From the NCBI GenBank assembly GCA_946965045.2, contig OX337235.1, forward strand, positions 3,596,001 through 3,660,000: a stretch of 64,000 bases of DNA. Reading direction: 5' to 3'. Positions 10,277-23,177 of this stretch are shown piece by piece (position 1 is the first letter of the stretch; each line of letters begins with the position of its first letter). A program made the position numbers and the translations under genes. Below the pieces are notes generated by a model. That model saw only the letters and a program-made list of their open reading frames with translations, had not been told where the DNA came from and ran no database searches. Origin of the DNA: Epithemia pelagica. Its lineage: Eukaryota; Protista; Bacillariophyta.

Positions 10277-13057
10277 TGTGGGAGGATCCAGTCGCGTCGA
10301 CATTCCTCGGGGGTCGCATCTGAGTCCCCCAACAATGGACCACACGACGACCTCGAACACATTTCGGGTTTTCGGGTGTCTCAAGTCTCAAGATCAACAC
10401 ATCGCTCTTTGTCAATGTTATTGTGTTACTCTCTACACGTCTACATGAGTAGCAGCAGCAGCAGCAGCAGCAGAACCGCGTGCTCCTGTCCTCAACAAGA
10501 GCACAGGATTGATCGACAACAGCCGAATTCCGATCGGTCCTCTCTGGCCGATTTCTTTCTCAACGATCCTCTCGACCACACACCTGCGACGACCTTGTTC
10601 TATAGGAGTTGTTGATCAACGATCCTCTCGACCACACCTGCGACAACCTTATTCTATATAGGAGTTGTTAGCTCTCTAGCAGCAGCGCGGACGGAAACTC
10701 TCAAACAGCAAGAAGCAGCCGTAGAGACATTGTTGATACTCATTGGAAAGGATGTGTGACCAAAAGGATGAAATTGGCACTGTTGTCGTTACCATAAAAG
10801 ACCATGTTATCAAGCTGGTGTTGGATGAACAGAATCGCGACCCGGCCGAGTATGGAGCTGATTTGAAATTGGCAGATCACCCAGAGCTGACAGAAGTGAA
10901 GAACAGTAGCCACAAACAACCATGGGGGACTACTATGAGAGCTCTTTTGAACTGTGAAGATGGCAGTCTCAAATTTAATGACAAAAAATACAGGATTCAG
11001 AAAGGGCCAAAGCCGGAAATTGGTGAGAACTGCTTTGGATTTGTGAGTTTTTATTGTTGAATTTATTCAAGTCGTCCTTGGCTAACAATGACGAGTCTGC
11101 CACTCTGTTTTCTGATGAATTGTACTACGGGTGTATTATCCATATGTTGCGATTAATTGTTTATTTTGGGTATATTGCCCATTTGTTTCTATTTCTAAAA
11201 TGATGTCGCATGTCTCATGAAGCATCACATGTCCCCAACAACTTCCCAAAAATGACCTGGGATGTCATTAAGGAGATCAAGCCAGGCCAGACCAAGAATG
11301 ATTGGTCGAATATTGGGCATGACATGACGTTCCATGGCCGTCGTTCCCTAACCGAAGCAGTTCAATCGTTTGTAGAGGTTCTCAAGCAGGGACCTCCCAA
11401 GGAGAAAGAAGAGAAGTGTTTGGTGTATTCCTCGGTGAGCGGCAGTGGCAAGACCATTTCATTCCTCCAACTCAAGAAAACACTGAGAGGTTTTGCCGCT
11501 ATAAATGATATCGATGTTGCTGTGTCCTACTTGGGATTTAACTCACGCCTTTTTTTGGACGAACATGAGCTAAAGCACATCAGGACTGTAGAAAACGCTC
11601 GCGATGTTGTTGCCAGGCGGCTTGTTGTATCCACCATGATCACAATGAACAACCCAGATGTTGTCGACAGGCTACCGCATGGCCCGGATGTATATAAAGA
11701 TTTCAAAATACCTTCTGTGGCCGATTCGAAAAAACTGCTCTTGGAATACCTGGATTCCATTCGGGAAGATCAAAAAGGCAAAGAACCGGCCAAAAGAAAG
11801 CCACTTTTTATTATTGCTGGGGTGGACGAGGTCCAAAGGCTGAACCGAATACTGCCGAATGTGGAAGGCGAAGGCCTTGGAAGACACATCCTTCGCATAC
11901 TTCGAACCTGGCAGTCGGAATGGTACAATGACGGCTTGTGTATTGTGCCCGTTGGGACAGGCATTACGCTCGACTGGGCACAAGAATCCACTGAGGGGAC
12001 CCTTTGGGATCTCAAGGGTGAGGATGCTACTCTCATCAAGAAAGAGGACTTTCGCATTCTAGTAGGGGAATCTGTGCGTGCAAAAGAAAACTTTGATGAA
12101 CGAGTTCCCCCAAACACAACGAGGGAGACAACCATTGAGCTACTGGCTCCAAGTTACTGGCCAAGGGTGCGTCTTTTGCAGTGGTGGAAAACTGACGATC
12201 CATCCAGTAACCTCGCAACACTAGCCAAAGACTCTGAGTGGGAAAATTGGCTGATTTGGATGTGTCACTGGCTCCGCGATGAAACCATGTCAATCCAGAA
12301 CAAGAAACTCATCCCAGGCGCAAGTGATACTGCAGGCAATATCCATTGTCTCTTTGAGATGAAAGGTGATAGTGAGTTCACTGTCTTTCCAGATGGGTAC
12401 AGTTGGTCCTCTATCCTTGAAGTTTTAGAAAGAAACTTGCCTGTTCAAAACCTTTACCACCATCTGAATGTCATCAAACGGATGGATCCGAGGGAGTTCC
12501 TTACGGGTAACTGCTATGAGATTGAAACATTTGGTTTCCATGTTATCTCATTGGCAATCCATTTGGGCCTTCATGCAATTGAAAGTGCGCCGGATTCTAT
12601 GCCGGTCAGTGACCGAAATGCCACCACGCTTCAACGAAAGCGCCTTGGTCTTGCGCTGTGGCTGAAAGGTCGAGAGGTGGAGTTCTACAACGAGGCAAAG
12701 AAGAAAATGACCCCACCTTTTCTTGTTGGCAACCAACCGACAAGCTCTGGCCAGAACAGCCCCTACTACCCTTTTGCTGACAGTTCTCAGAGCTCTTTTA
12801 TGCCCGGTATAATCAAGCTTCTAAAAACTGCCAAGACAAAACAAGCAAGCTACCAACCATTGCATGTGAAATGTGGAAGACGAACCTGTTGCGACTACAT
12901 GTATTTTTATGTTCGAAAAGTGACGAAGAGCAAGTATGGGTTTGTCATCATCCTTGTTGATGCAAAACACACAAGCAAAGACCAAGGCGGCGAGCACAGT
13001 CAAGGGGTGACCTCAGATGATCAAAAGGGAATCTATGATGCTGCCGTCTCTGTTCAC
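10277..13057. repeat. Tandem duplication unit, copy 1 right part (matches 15668-18448)
   Basis: Constant 5391-bp offset; identical ORF translations. Confidence 0.95.
10560..10669. repeat. Two ~54-bp imperfect tandem repeats upstream of the Crinkler-like gene (also at +5391)
   Basis: tcaacgatcctctcgaccacac...tataggagttgtt occurs twice. Confidence 0.8.
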
Positions 13058-13090
13058 TACATCATGAAAAAGGGTGTTTGTCTTTGTTAA
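10752..13090 (+). pseudogene. C-terminally truncated copy of the Crinkler-like NTPase-nuclease gene
   Basis: Identical to 16143-18448 up to the duplication junction at 13057, then ends YIMKKGVCLC. Splicing between 10752-11060 and 11210 is unresolved. Confidence 0.7.
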
Positions 13091-16000
13091 GGGCGACAAG
13101 AACGGTTTCTCGTGTTAGGCCTCGCATAGCCCCCAAAAAACGACAGCGTCTTGTCCAACTCGTGGTAAGAACTAGCGTCGTGACGATCCCGAATGTGGTG
13201 TTCTTCCCTCATGACCTTGTTTTGAATCGACAAGACGACGATTGCTTCACGACAAATGCGTGTGTCCGTCGTCTTTCAAGCCAAAATGCCCGTTCCCCAC
13301 AGGACTCTCTCGACCTTTTGTTCTATGCCTCGCTTTTGACACCCAGCACTTGTTGCCACAGTTCCTGTCACTCTTGAAACGAGTCAGCTTCTACAAGGAT
13401 CAGAGTCCGCAGTCCGACATGGTCATGCCAGCCCCACCAGGCCAACCCCACTTGTCGTCTGCTGCCCTGTCTTGCGTTTCCATTGCATGACCATGGACGA
13501 TTGTGGTGCGGCATAACACTTTTGCAGCCGGCTGTTGGTAGTACTCGTTGTATTCGTTGAAGAAGAAGGACGAGGAGGGATACGCATGCTGCGGTTTGTT
13601 CCATGTCTGGGACTGCTGCCAATGGGACGCCGCGACCACTGCATGGGTGGAGGTTCTTCGTGCAAGCCACCACGGATATGATTCACCGCAACATCCCTCG
13701 ATGCATTGGCAGGTTGTCGTTGTTCGGTCACATGCCATTGACGTCGTTTTTGATGTGCTGTCCTGGTTGGTTGGGAACTTGTGGTCGCTGTCGTGGCTCT
13801 TTTCCGGCTGGTCTTGTCGTGGCGTCGCATCCAATGGTACTGTTCGGGTAACAGCGAGCTTGGTTTGGAAGAATCCGAGGAGGAGCGTGCCATGGAGGGA
13901 AGAATGTGTGGACTGCTACGAACGTTGTGTGTCTCCTTTCGGTCGTCTTGTGGTGAAGTTGCGTTCTGATGCATGGAGTTCTTGTTGTTTGGGTGTTCCT
14001 CCTTCTCTTCTGAACAATCCAAGTCATTCTCATCATCATTGTCATCTTCCAGAACGGGTTCCATCAAGAGCGACAATGGTGTGGGTAAGAGTCGTTTGTG
14101 ATCATTCCAGGAATCTTGCAACAATTGAATGACATGATCCAATTCGGCATTGCGTTCTTGTGCCGAGGCTTGAAATAACATATCGCGTCGTTCCAAAAAA
14201 CTCAAGCGTTTGGGCATTTGATACTTGTGCTGACGACTTTTGGAATGTTGATCCAATGTCACCTGTTCCGGATCGGCATGATACCAATCCAACGTCAAGG
14301 CCAATCCATCACTGTTGCAACTGTAGCGTTGGGAGCAAAGTTGTGTGAGAGCGTCCAAACGCATTGGATCAAAGGATTGTGAGAATTTGAGTCATGTAGT
14401 AATACGTACGGATGTTGTCCCAGAGTGACGGCATGCGATTGCACTTGAACGCCTTGATGAAAGGAAACTCGCCGGGGTGGACCGTGATGCTTATTGCTCG
14501 TACTACTGGTACTCAAACAAGACTTTTTGCTACAAGTCGAACTGGTACTGGACCAAATGGACCAATTGTCCAAATCCTCTTCTTCTTCTTCTTCCTCCTC
14601 ATTGTCGTCTTCCTCGCTGTCGTTTGGAATTTGTTCCGGGCCCTGGTCCTCTTCGTCCTTCTTTTCCTCTGCTACTACTAGAGGATTTTCATTATGTATC
14701 CGATCCTCGAGTTTGTTGGTTCGAAACTCGATTGGTGCTGAGGTTCGCCGGGAAGTAGTACAATGTTTTCCCTTTGGCTCGTTCTTGTGTTTTGATTCCT
14801 CTTCTTCTTCTTCCATCCACAAGGAAAGACTACTCGCACTGTGTTGGTTCGATGTTGTTGTGGTAGTATTGTTAGTACTCAAGGTAGCAGTGGTAGCTGT
14901 CGCAATCGAAGCGGCTTCACAATAGGACAGGGAAGACGACGACGACGACAAGTGCGGATTGTCTTCCTCCATTTCAGAGGAGGAAGGGGAGTGACTGGTG
15001 GTTGTCGAATGCTTGTTGATTGTCGTTTCGAAACAAGCCTTGGAAGGACTCGACAAAGAGAACGACAAGGAAGACGGTGGTGGGACAACCATTTTCAGTG
15101 GATCCATTTTCCAATCACCACCCGGAGCCATTTGGTTGGTACGATTCGTACAAGAAGGAAGCAGAGTCGATTGCATGCTCTCCAGAGAATTGGCTGCTGG
15201 TGTTGTTTTTCGGGGAGCAATTTCTCCCTCGAGTCGCGTGTATACTTCCGAAAAAAGATTCCCTCCAACTTGTGGCGTTTGTGGATGGAGACCGTCTCTT
15301 GTGATTGTGATTGGTATTTGTTGTTTTTTGTTTCGGGTGTTTCCAAAATCGTAACCTTGTTGGTTGTTCTAGCGCCAACCAAAGATTGCTTTGGAGAGTT
15401 GCAGTTCTTGTTTGAATATAATCGATGGATTCTCACTCTTCTCTCGCACTTGCTCCGCACTCCGTGTTGTTGTTGTTGCCACTCAATGGTGAAACGCTGT
15501 GGGTGTTTCTACTGGTTTGGGGGAGTCCTAAAACGTATTGGGAAGTCGTGGGGCAATATAATAAATATTTTTGGCGTGACATTTTAGGATATAGCCCACG
15601 GAGGGAACGTGTCCGGTGGGGCAAGAGCGGACGACGGACGAGCATGGACATTCCAGTCCCGCGTTTCTGTGGGAGGATCCAGTCGCGTCGACATTCCTCG
15701 GGGGTCGCATCTGAGTCCCCCAACAATGGACCACACGACGACCTCGAACACATTTCGGGTTTTCGGGTGTCTCAAGTCTCAAGATCAACACATCGCTCTT
15801 TGTCAATGTTATTGTGTTACTCTCTACACGTCTACATGAGTAGCAGCAGCAGCAGCAGCAGCAGAACCGCGTGCTCCTGTCCTCAACAAGAGCACAGGAT
15901 TGATCGACAACAGCCGAATTCCGATCGGTCCTCTCTGGCCGATTTCTTTCTCAACGATCCTCTCGACCACACACCTGCGACGACCTTGTTCTATAGGAGT

Positions 16001-18448
16001 TGTTGATCAACGATCCTCTCGACCACACCTGCGACAACCTTATTCTATATAGGAGTTGTTAGCTCTCTAGCAGCAGCGCGGACGGAAACTCTCAAACAGC
16101 AAGAAGCAGCCGTAGAGACATTGTTGATACTCATTGGAAAGGATGTGTGACCAAAAGGATGAAATTGGCACTGTTGTCGTTACCATAAAAGACCATGTTA
16201 TCAAGCTGGTGTTGGATGAACAGAATCGCGACCCGGCCGAGTATGGAGCTGATTTGAAATTGGCAGATCACCCAGAGCTGACAGAAGTGAAGAACAGTAG
16301 CCACAAACAACCATGGGGGACTACTATGAGAGCTCTTTTGAACTGTGAAGATGGCAGTCTCAAATTTAATGACAAAAAATACAGGATTCAGAAAGGGCCA
16401 AAGCCGGAAATTGGTGAGAACTGCTTTGGATTTGTGAGTTTTTATTGTTGAATTTATTCAAGTCGTCCTTGGCTAACAATGACGAGTCTGCCACTCTGTT
16501 TTCTGATGAATTGTACTACGGGTGTATTATCCATATGTTGCGATTAATTGTTTATTTTGGGTATATTGCCCATTTGTTTCTATTTCTAAAATGATGTCGC
16601 ATGTCTCATGAAGCATCACATGTCCCCAACAACTTCCCAAAAATGACCTGGGATGTCATTAAGGAGATCAAGCCAGGCCAGACCAAGAATGATTGGTCGA
16701 ATATTGGGCATGACATGACGTTCCATGGCCGTCGTTCCCTAACCGAAGCAGTTCAATCGTTTGTAGAGGTTCTCAAGCAGGGACCTCCCAAGGAGAAAGA
16801 AGAGAAGTGTTTGGTGTATTCCTCGGTGAGCGGCAGTGGCAAGACCATTTCATTCCTCCAACTCAAGAAAACACTGAGAGGTTTTGCCGCTATAAATGAT
16901 ATCGATGTTGCTGTGTCCTACTTGGGATTTAACTCACGCCTTTTTTTGGACGAACATGAGCTAAAGCACATCAGGACTGTAGAAAACGCTCGCGATGTTG
17001 TTGCCAGGCGGCTTGTTGTATCCACCATGATCACAATGAACAACCCAGATGTTGTCGACAGGCTACCGCATGGCCCGGATGTATATAAAGATTTCAAAAT
17101 ACCTTCTGTGGCCGATTCGAAAAAACTGCTCTTGGAATACCTGGATTCCATTCGGGAAGATCAAAAAGGCAAAGAACCGGCCAAAAGAAAGCCACTTTTT
17201 ATTATTGCTGGGGTGGACGAGGTCCAAAGGCTGAACCGAATACTGCCGAATGTGGAAGGCGAAGGCCTTGGAAGACACATCCTTCGCATACTTCGAACCT
17301 GGCAGTCGGAATGGTACAATGACGGCTTGTGTATTGTGCCCGTTGGGACAGGCATTACGCTCGACTGGGCACAAGAATCCACTGAGGGGACCCTTTGGGA
17401 TCTCAAGGGTGAGGATGCTACTCTCATCAAGAAAGAGGACTTTCGCATTCTAGTAGGGGAATCTGTGCGTGCAAAAGAAAACTTTGATGAACGAGTTCCC
17501 CCAAACACAACGAGGGAGACAACCATTGAGCTACTGGCTCCAAGTTACTGGCCAAGGGTGCGTCTTTTGCAGTGGTGGAAAACTGACGATCCATCCAGTA
17601 ACCTCGCAACACTAGCCAAAGACTCTGAGTGGGAAAATTGGCTGATTTGGATGTGTCACTGGCTCCGCGATGAAACCATGTCAATCCAGAACAAGAAACT
17701 CATCCCAGGCGCAAGTGATACTGCAGGCAATATCCATTGTCTCTTTGAGATGAAAGGTGATAGTGAGTTCACTGTCTTTCCAGATGGGTACAGTTGGTCC
17801 TCTATCCTTGAAGTTTTAGAAAGAAACTTGCCTGTTCAAAACCTTTACCACCATCTGAATGTCATCAAACGGATGGATCCGAGGGAGTTCCTTACGGGTA
17901 ACTGCTATGAGATTGAAACATTTGGTTTCCATGTTATCTCATTGGCAATCCATTTGGGCCTTCATGCAATTGAAAGTGCGCCGGATTCTATGCCGGTCAG
18001 TGACCGAAATGCCACCACGCTTCAACGAAAGCGCCTTGGTCTTGCGCTGTGGCTGAAAGGTCGAGAGGTGGAGTTCTACAACGAGGCAAAGAAGAAAATG
18101 ACCCCACCTTTTCTTGTTGGCAACCAACCGACAAGCTCTGGCCAGAACAGCCCCTACTACCCTTTTGCTGACAGTTCTCAGAGCTCTTTTATGCCCGGTA
18201 TAATCAAGCTTCTAAAAACTGCCAAGACAAAACAAGCAAGCTACCAACCATTGCATGTGAAATGTGGAAGACGAACCTGTTGCGACTACATGTATTTTTA
18301 TGTTCGAAAAGTGACGAAGAGCAAGTATGGGTTTGTCATCATCCTTGTTGATGCAAAACACACAAGCAAAGACCAAGGCGGCGAGCACAGTCAAGGGGTG
18401 ACCTCAGATGATCAAAAGGGAATCTATGATGCTGCCGTCTCTGTTCAC
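13056..18448. repeat. Tandem duplication unit, copy 2 (no transposon; contains the empty site)
   Basis: Equals 1810-4424 joined to 10280-13057. 2-bp AC microhomology at the junction. Confidence 0.95.
13423..15176 (-). CDS. Spliced hypothetical protein, copy 2 (predicted intron 14321-14409)
   Basis: Same translation as 2177-3930. Confidence 0.6.
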
Positions 18449-18697
18449 GAAGCAATGACTGCGGCTCATCTTGAGCTGGTTGATGTTTGCTTGCGAATCC
18501 TCAGCAACTGGAGCACGGTTGCAAATACAAATGAAAGCTTTGACCAGTCCAAAGAAGAATCCAAAGCTGTTTTTGGCAGAGAACTGGATATAAAAGTCAT
18601 CAGTCAGGATGATTCTGAGATTGAGATTGGACCCCTTGTTGATATTCTTTGGGCACGTAAAAGGGCAAGCAATAAGCGCAAGGCTGACGAAATGTGA
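16143..18697 (+). CDS. Crinkler (CRN/RHS)-like protein: small N-terminal exon, P-loop NTPase, C-terminal PD-(D/E)xK nuclease-like domain
   Basis: 698-aa ORF 16601-18697 with Walker A VSGSGKT, Walker B IIAGVDEVQ and CDY...ILVDAKH. Upstream ORF 16143-16451 ends in GTGAG donor-like sites; link not resolved. Confidence 0.7.
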
Positions 18698-19471
18698 GGG
18701 CAGGCCAATGACCAACCATTACCGACTTTAACATGAGCGAGCATTAAGGCATTTCTCCCATTTGCTCATTCACTAGTCTCATCTACTCACTCTAGACCAA
18801 TCCTCTGACCAAACTAAAAGGGTGTGGTCCTTGGAAGGTTCTTGAGTGACTGCAACAATGAAGCAGCAACTTACAGCTCCTCCTGCTTTGACCTGACAGG
18901 AATTGATTGTGAAGCTTTGGTTTTCTCCTATTCATTCTCTGTGTTTGCAATAGATTGGCGTCTAGTTTCAACAGTTCCAATGTGTCTTCTTGTTTAACAT
19001 CCTGGTCTAAGGCCTCTCTGTTACTATCGGCATCAGGATTGGAGGAGAGTTTGATGCATTCAAACTCTAGGAAGACAGTCGGGTCTATCTCATTGTCACA
19101 GACTTGAAGGGATTAGGTAAAGTTCTCTGGTGGGAACCAAAATCACGGGTGTCCCTGGTCCTGAACCATGAGAGACGAAACCATTCAGCTATACTATCAC
19201 CATACAGTGAAGGATGTGACTCTTTCGACCAAGAGGCCCCACACCACAGACGCAAGCTATTCATTCACACTATACTGGATCGATTTATTAATATCGGCTA
19301 CTTTATACTCAACAATCATACAATGGTAACGAAAAGGCATTGTGGTGCCATTTGGTGTACTGTTTCTGGTTTTTTACACATCAACGGTCGTATAAAAATT
19401 TCCCCCATGAGGAGCAAGCATCCGGACAAAATAATGTTTCTCCACAAAGGAACAAACACACGTTCTCGTCC

Positions 19472-21846
19472 TCAAGCCTCTCCATAATACTTCATGTAAT
19501 TTTCCCGAGCAATGAGTTCATCATTGTAGGCTTCTTCGGGTTCCTCGTCCTCGCCCAAACCCTTGGCGGCGGCGCGTCCCAAAATATCGCTCGGCACACC
19601 CGGTCCTTGTTCACTGTCCTCTTCGGTCTTGGGACCATCGGTTTCGAGTTCTGTTTCGACTTCTTCGTTGCCGCCATCACCAGCACTCAACCCATCTTTG
19701 AGGGTCATGCCGGTATGATCGGCCAATTCCGTGACCCGTTCCTTGAGACTTTCCAAACTTTCTTTTAAAAAGACCATGTCATCGGGCAAGTCATGAAGGG
19801 CCAAGCGTTTGCGTTCTCGTTCCATCATGCATTGGACACATTGTTCTCGGCCATTCAAGTAAATGCACCAATACAAGAGATAGGACAAGATGAGGAAAAA
19901 GGCAATGATAAAAAAGGAACCCAACACCTTGTATCCCTTGGTATCCTTATCAAACAGGGCCGACACACCCAAGAAAAAGAGGGGGACCAACAAGAACATG
20001 ACGACAATATAAAACAAGGGAAATCCTCGCCAAATGCGTGTGGCCTTGCCCAATTGTTTGGCCGTGATAATGGGCAATCGACGCATAAAGGGAATGGGAT
20101 AAAAAATGAGTATACCCGTAATATTGAAACACAAGTGCGCCAAGGCAACTTGCAACGAATCAATCGTGTCGGCCACGAGCGCCGCCGTCAAACCCGTCAC
20201 GGTGGTACCCAAATTGCATCCCAAGGTGAGTGGATACATTTGTTCCAATCGCAAGGCTCCCATACCGACGAGGGGTGTCAAGGTCGAAGTGGTAATGGAG
20301 GACGATTGGACCAGCATGGTCATGCCGGCACCAATCGCAATGGCAATGTACCCATTGACATCCGTGGCCTTGTAGACAATACGAGTGGACATGCCCAACA
20401 AGAGACGTTGCAAAATGCCCACCAACCCAATCAAGCAGGTAAACAAGATGAGAATGGCAATAAAAAAGACCACACCACCAGAAACCTTGTCATCCTTGGC
20501 CGAGGCTTCTTCAGAGAAAAAGGCGGGACAAAAATTGCCATCCTTGTCACAGGCAATCAGTCCAAACTTTCCGCCACACGACTTGTAGGTGGGGGTACCT
20601 TGACATTCATTGGGGTAAAAGTCGTCACATTCCTTGTCGCCATTGGCAATGCTCTTGGTCACCTTTTTGTTGGCAATGATGATGCGTTTGCCCAAGGGCG
20701 AGACAATCTTTTTGACGGGTCCTTCCCATTTTTCGCCATCCTGGACTTCGGCATTGCGGACCATGGCCTTGGTCAAGGCATCCAAATATCCCGTAATCAC
20801 TTCGACTGGAAGGAGAATGGCCACGGACATGAAGTTAAACATGTCATGGACCGTCGCTCCGGCAAAGGCTCGTTCCAATTGATCGCCATTGCCCATTTGA
20901 CCAATCGCGACAATGGTACTGGTGACGGAGGTTCCAATATTGGCTCCCATGACCATGTAAATGCCTTGTTGCACGGAAATTGTTTCACCCACCAAGGAGA
21001 CAATGATGGATGTAGTGGTGGAGGACGATTGGAGCAAGACGGTTGTCAAGATACCAATCATGAGACCGGCAATGGGGTTGGTATCATCACCAAACAATTC
21101 TCCAGCACGACATCCGGACATGACCTTGGCGCCACTGCCCAAGAGTTCCAACCCAAAGAGAAAAAAGTACAGCAACGTGGCCGCGGCCAACAGTGCGAGT
21201 CCAATCCAGGCCCATTCTTGTGGGGTATGGACACAACAGGCTTGGCCGACTTCTTGCCAGGTGGCTTCCCCCACTTCGTCTTCAGTGTCAAAATCCAAAT
21301 CTCCAAAATGCACCGACCCCGTCAGCCGATCCTTGCGTGTGGGAGACGATTCCGGAGGCGCATCGGCACCACCACCAGCGGCCGCAGCATCCCCAAAGCC
21401 CAGTTCATCGTCATGATCAATGTGATAGGAATCAGGGGAATAGGACGACACGGCCGGTGGCTTGCGAATCTCTACATCGTCTTGGACTTGGCCGTCAATC
21501 GTATACGTCTTCTTTTTGGGTTTGGGTGGCTGGCTATTGTTGTGATTGTTGTTCATGGTGGGGGAAGACGAGGAAGAATTCAAGACGACGGGTTGCTTGT
21601 CGTAAAAGGGCTTGCTGGCCGGCGGTGCCGCGACTCGGCTATTGCGTACGGGTGATGATGGTGGATTTGGTTGGGATCGTCGTTCCGTTGCAAAGGCTGC
21701 CTGGTAGGAGAACATTCCACAACAACAAAACAAACAACAACAAAACAACAATAAACACAAGACAAGGATCCAAAACAAACCTGGGTGAGCGTCGTTGTTG
21801 GCACTTTGAGATTGAGAGAGACCAACACAAGACATACTTGCTCCAT
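19472..21846 (-). CDS. SLC34: SLC34 Na+/Pi cotransporter, copy 2 (long N- and C-tails); predicted intron 21701-21837
   Basis: Full QSSS repeats. Predicted ATG GAG CAA|GTATGT...CTACCAG|GCA join is in frame; start model moderately supported. Confidence 0.92.
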
Positions 21847-23177
21847 CACGTTTGGTGTTCTTGTGGTTGTGTCTTTGGGGTTGGTTGGTTTGGTTCAATT
21901 GGATTTGGTTTGGTTTGGTGGATCGTTCTCCCAATCCACAAACAAGTGATAAATGAGGCCGGCAGCAACAACAACACTAGCAACAACCAACAATCCGGAG
22001 AGAATCCAAACTGCCTGCTGATTTGGGGTGGGAAGCCTTGTCGTGAATTTGAGACAGAGCGAAACCTTTTGCTTTTTTTGGAAATTTGACACTTTCTGCA
22101 GTGCTGTTCTCCTTGGGAAATTTACAGTATCTACTGTTTTACTGTAGAAATCATGTCCGACCTTCTGGGCCTTGTCTGGAGGGCTTATCCAAGTCGCCTT
22201 GAATGTCCGAGATTCGTGTCGAATTCGTTATGGGAAGGGAGAAGTTTCCGAATTGACATGACCAACAAAATTTGGTAGGACCATCTTCGAGCCTTGGGGC
22301 CAGATGATTCCTGTTGGATTGCTCCACAAACTTTAACTACCCATCGGGTAAAGTGTTAAATCATGTATATACTGTATTAAATATTTTAGTTTTATATCGC
22401 GCTTGGTAGTTTATCGGAGCGGGGCTTTTTCCTGGAACCGTTCCACGACCTCAAGTCCAACCCAGATAATAAGAAGGGCGAGATCTTATTGCGACCTAAA
22501 GAATCTTACGAGATTCTCCTAAGCGATAGTTGTGTCGTGTACGACCGACTGTATCACAAGGACCTACAAGCATAAATGTACAATCCATTGAGGCCCTGCC
22601 AACTTCCAGGACTTCACGTGCCTCTGCGCGCGCGACGGGCGATTGTGTGGGGGAACGCAACACCTCTCGTTTCTCTCTCCCATTTTGCGAAATGCGAATC
22701 TCGCTGCCCACCTTTACAAAAACTCTCTCGTTGAAGAGACCCCCAAACGTCATTCGCAACATCCATAGTTCCAGTTTCAACCAACGTACAAACTCTTGAT
22801 CGGAAATAACATTCAACAACCCCAAACAAAAAAAACAACTTCCAATACCTTGGACCAATTGTGGAGGGAGTCTGGCCTCTTTACTACTGCGCAATCCGCG
22901 TCATGACAAAGCCTACCACAACACCAAAACGAGAAAGCAAACACAACAAACGAATGCAATAAGTTGTTGTTGCAAAGGGGTTATTGAAGAATATCCTTTT
23001 AACAAACTCAATTAATGATGATATGGTATATACAGGGGCGCCTTCAATGGGATCGGCCGCAACCGGAGATTGCGTGATCAACCAAGCGTTACACAGGGTG
23101 GTACTCTTGTTTCTTCTTCTTCTTCTTCATTTGAGACATGCAGTATGTATGACTGGGACGGGAAGCTTTCGCCAGGA

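Noticed and set aside
13058-13090. New C-terminal KKGVCLC as a prenylation signal on the truncated Crinkler-like copy
   Set aside because: Chance product of the duplication junction; not a CaaX and no supporting evidence.
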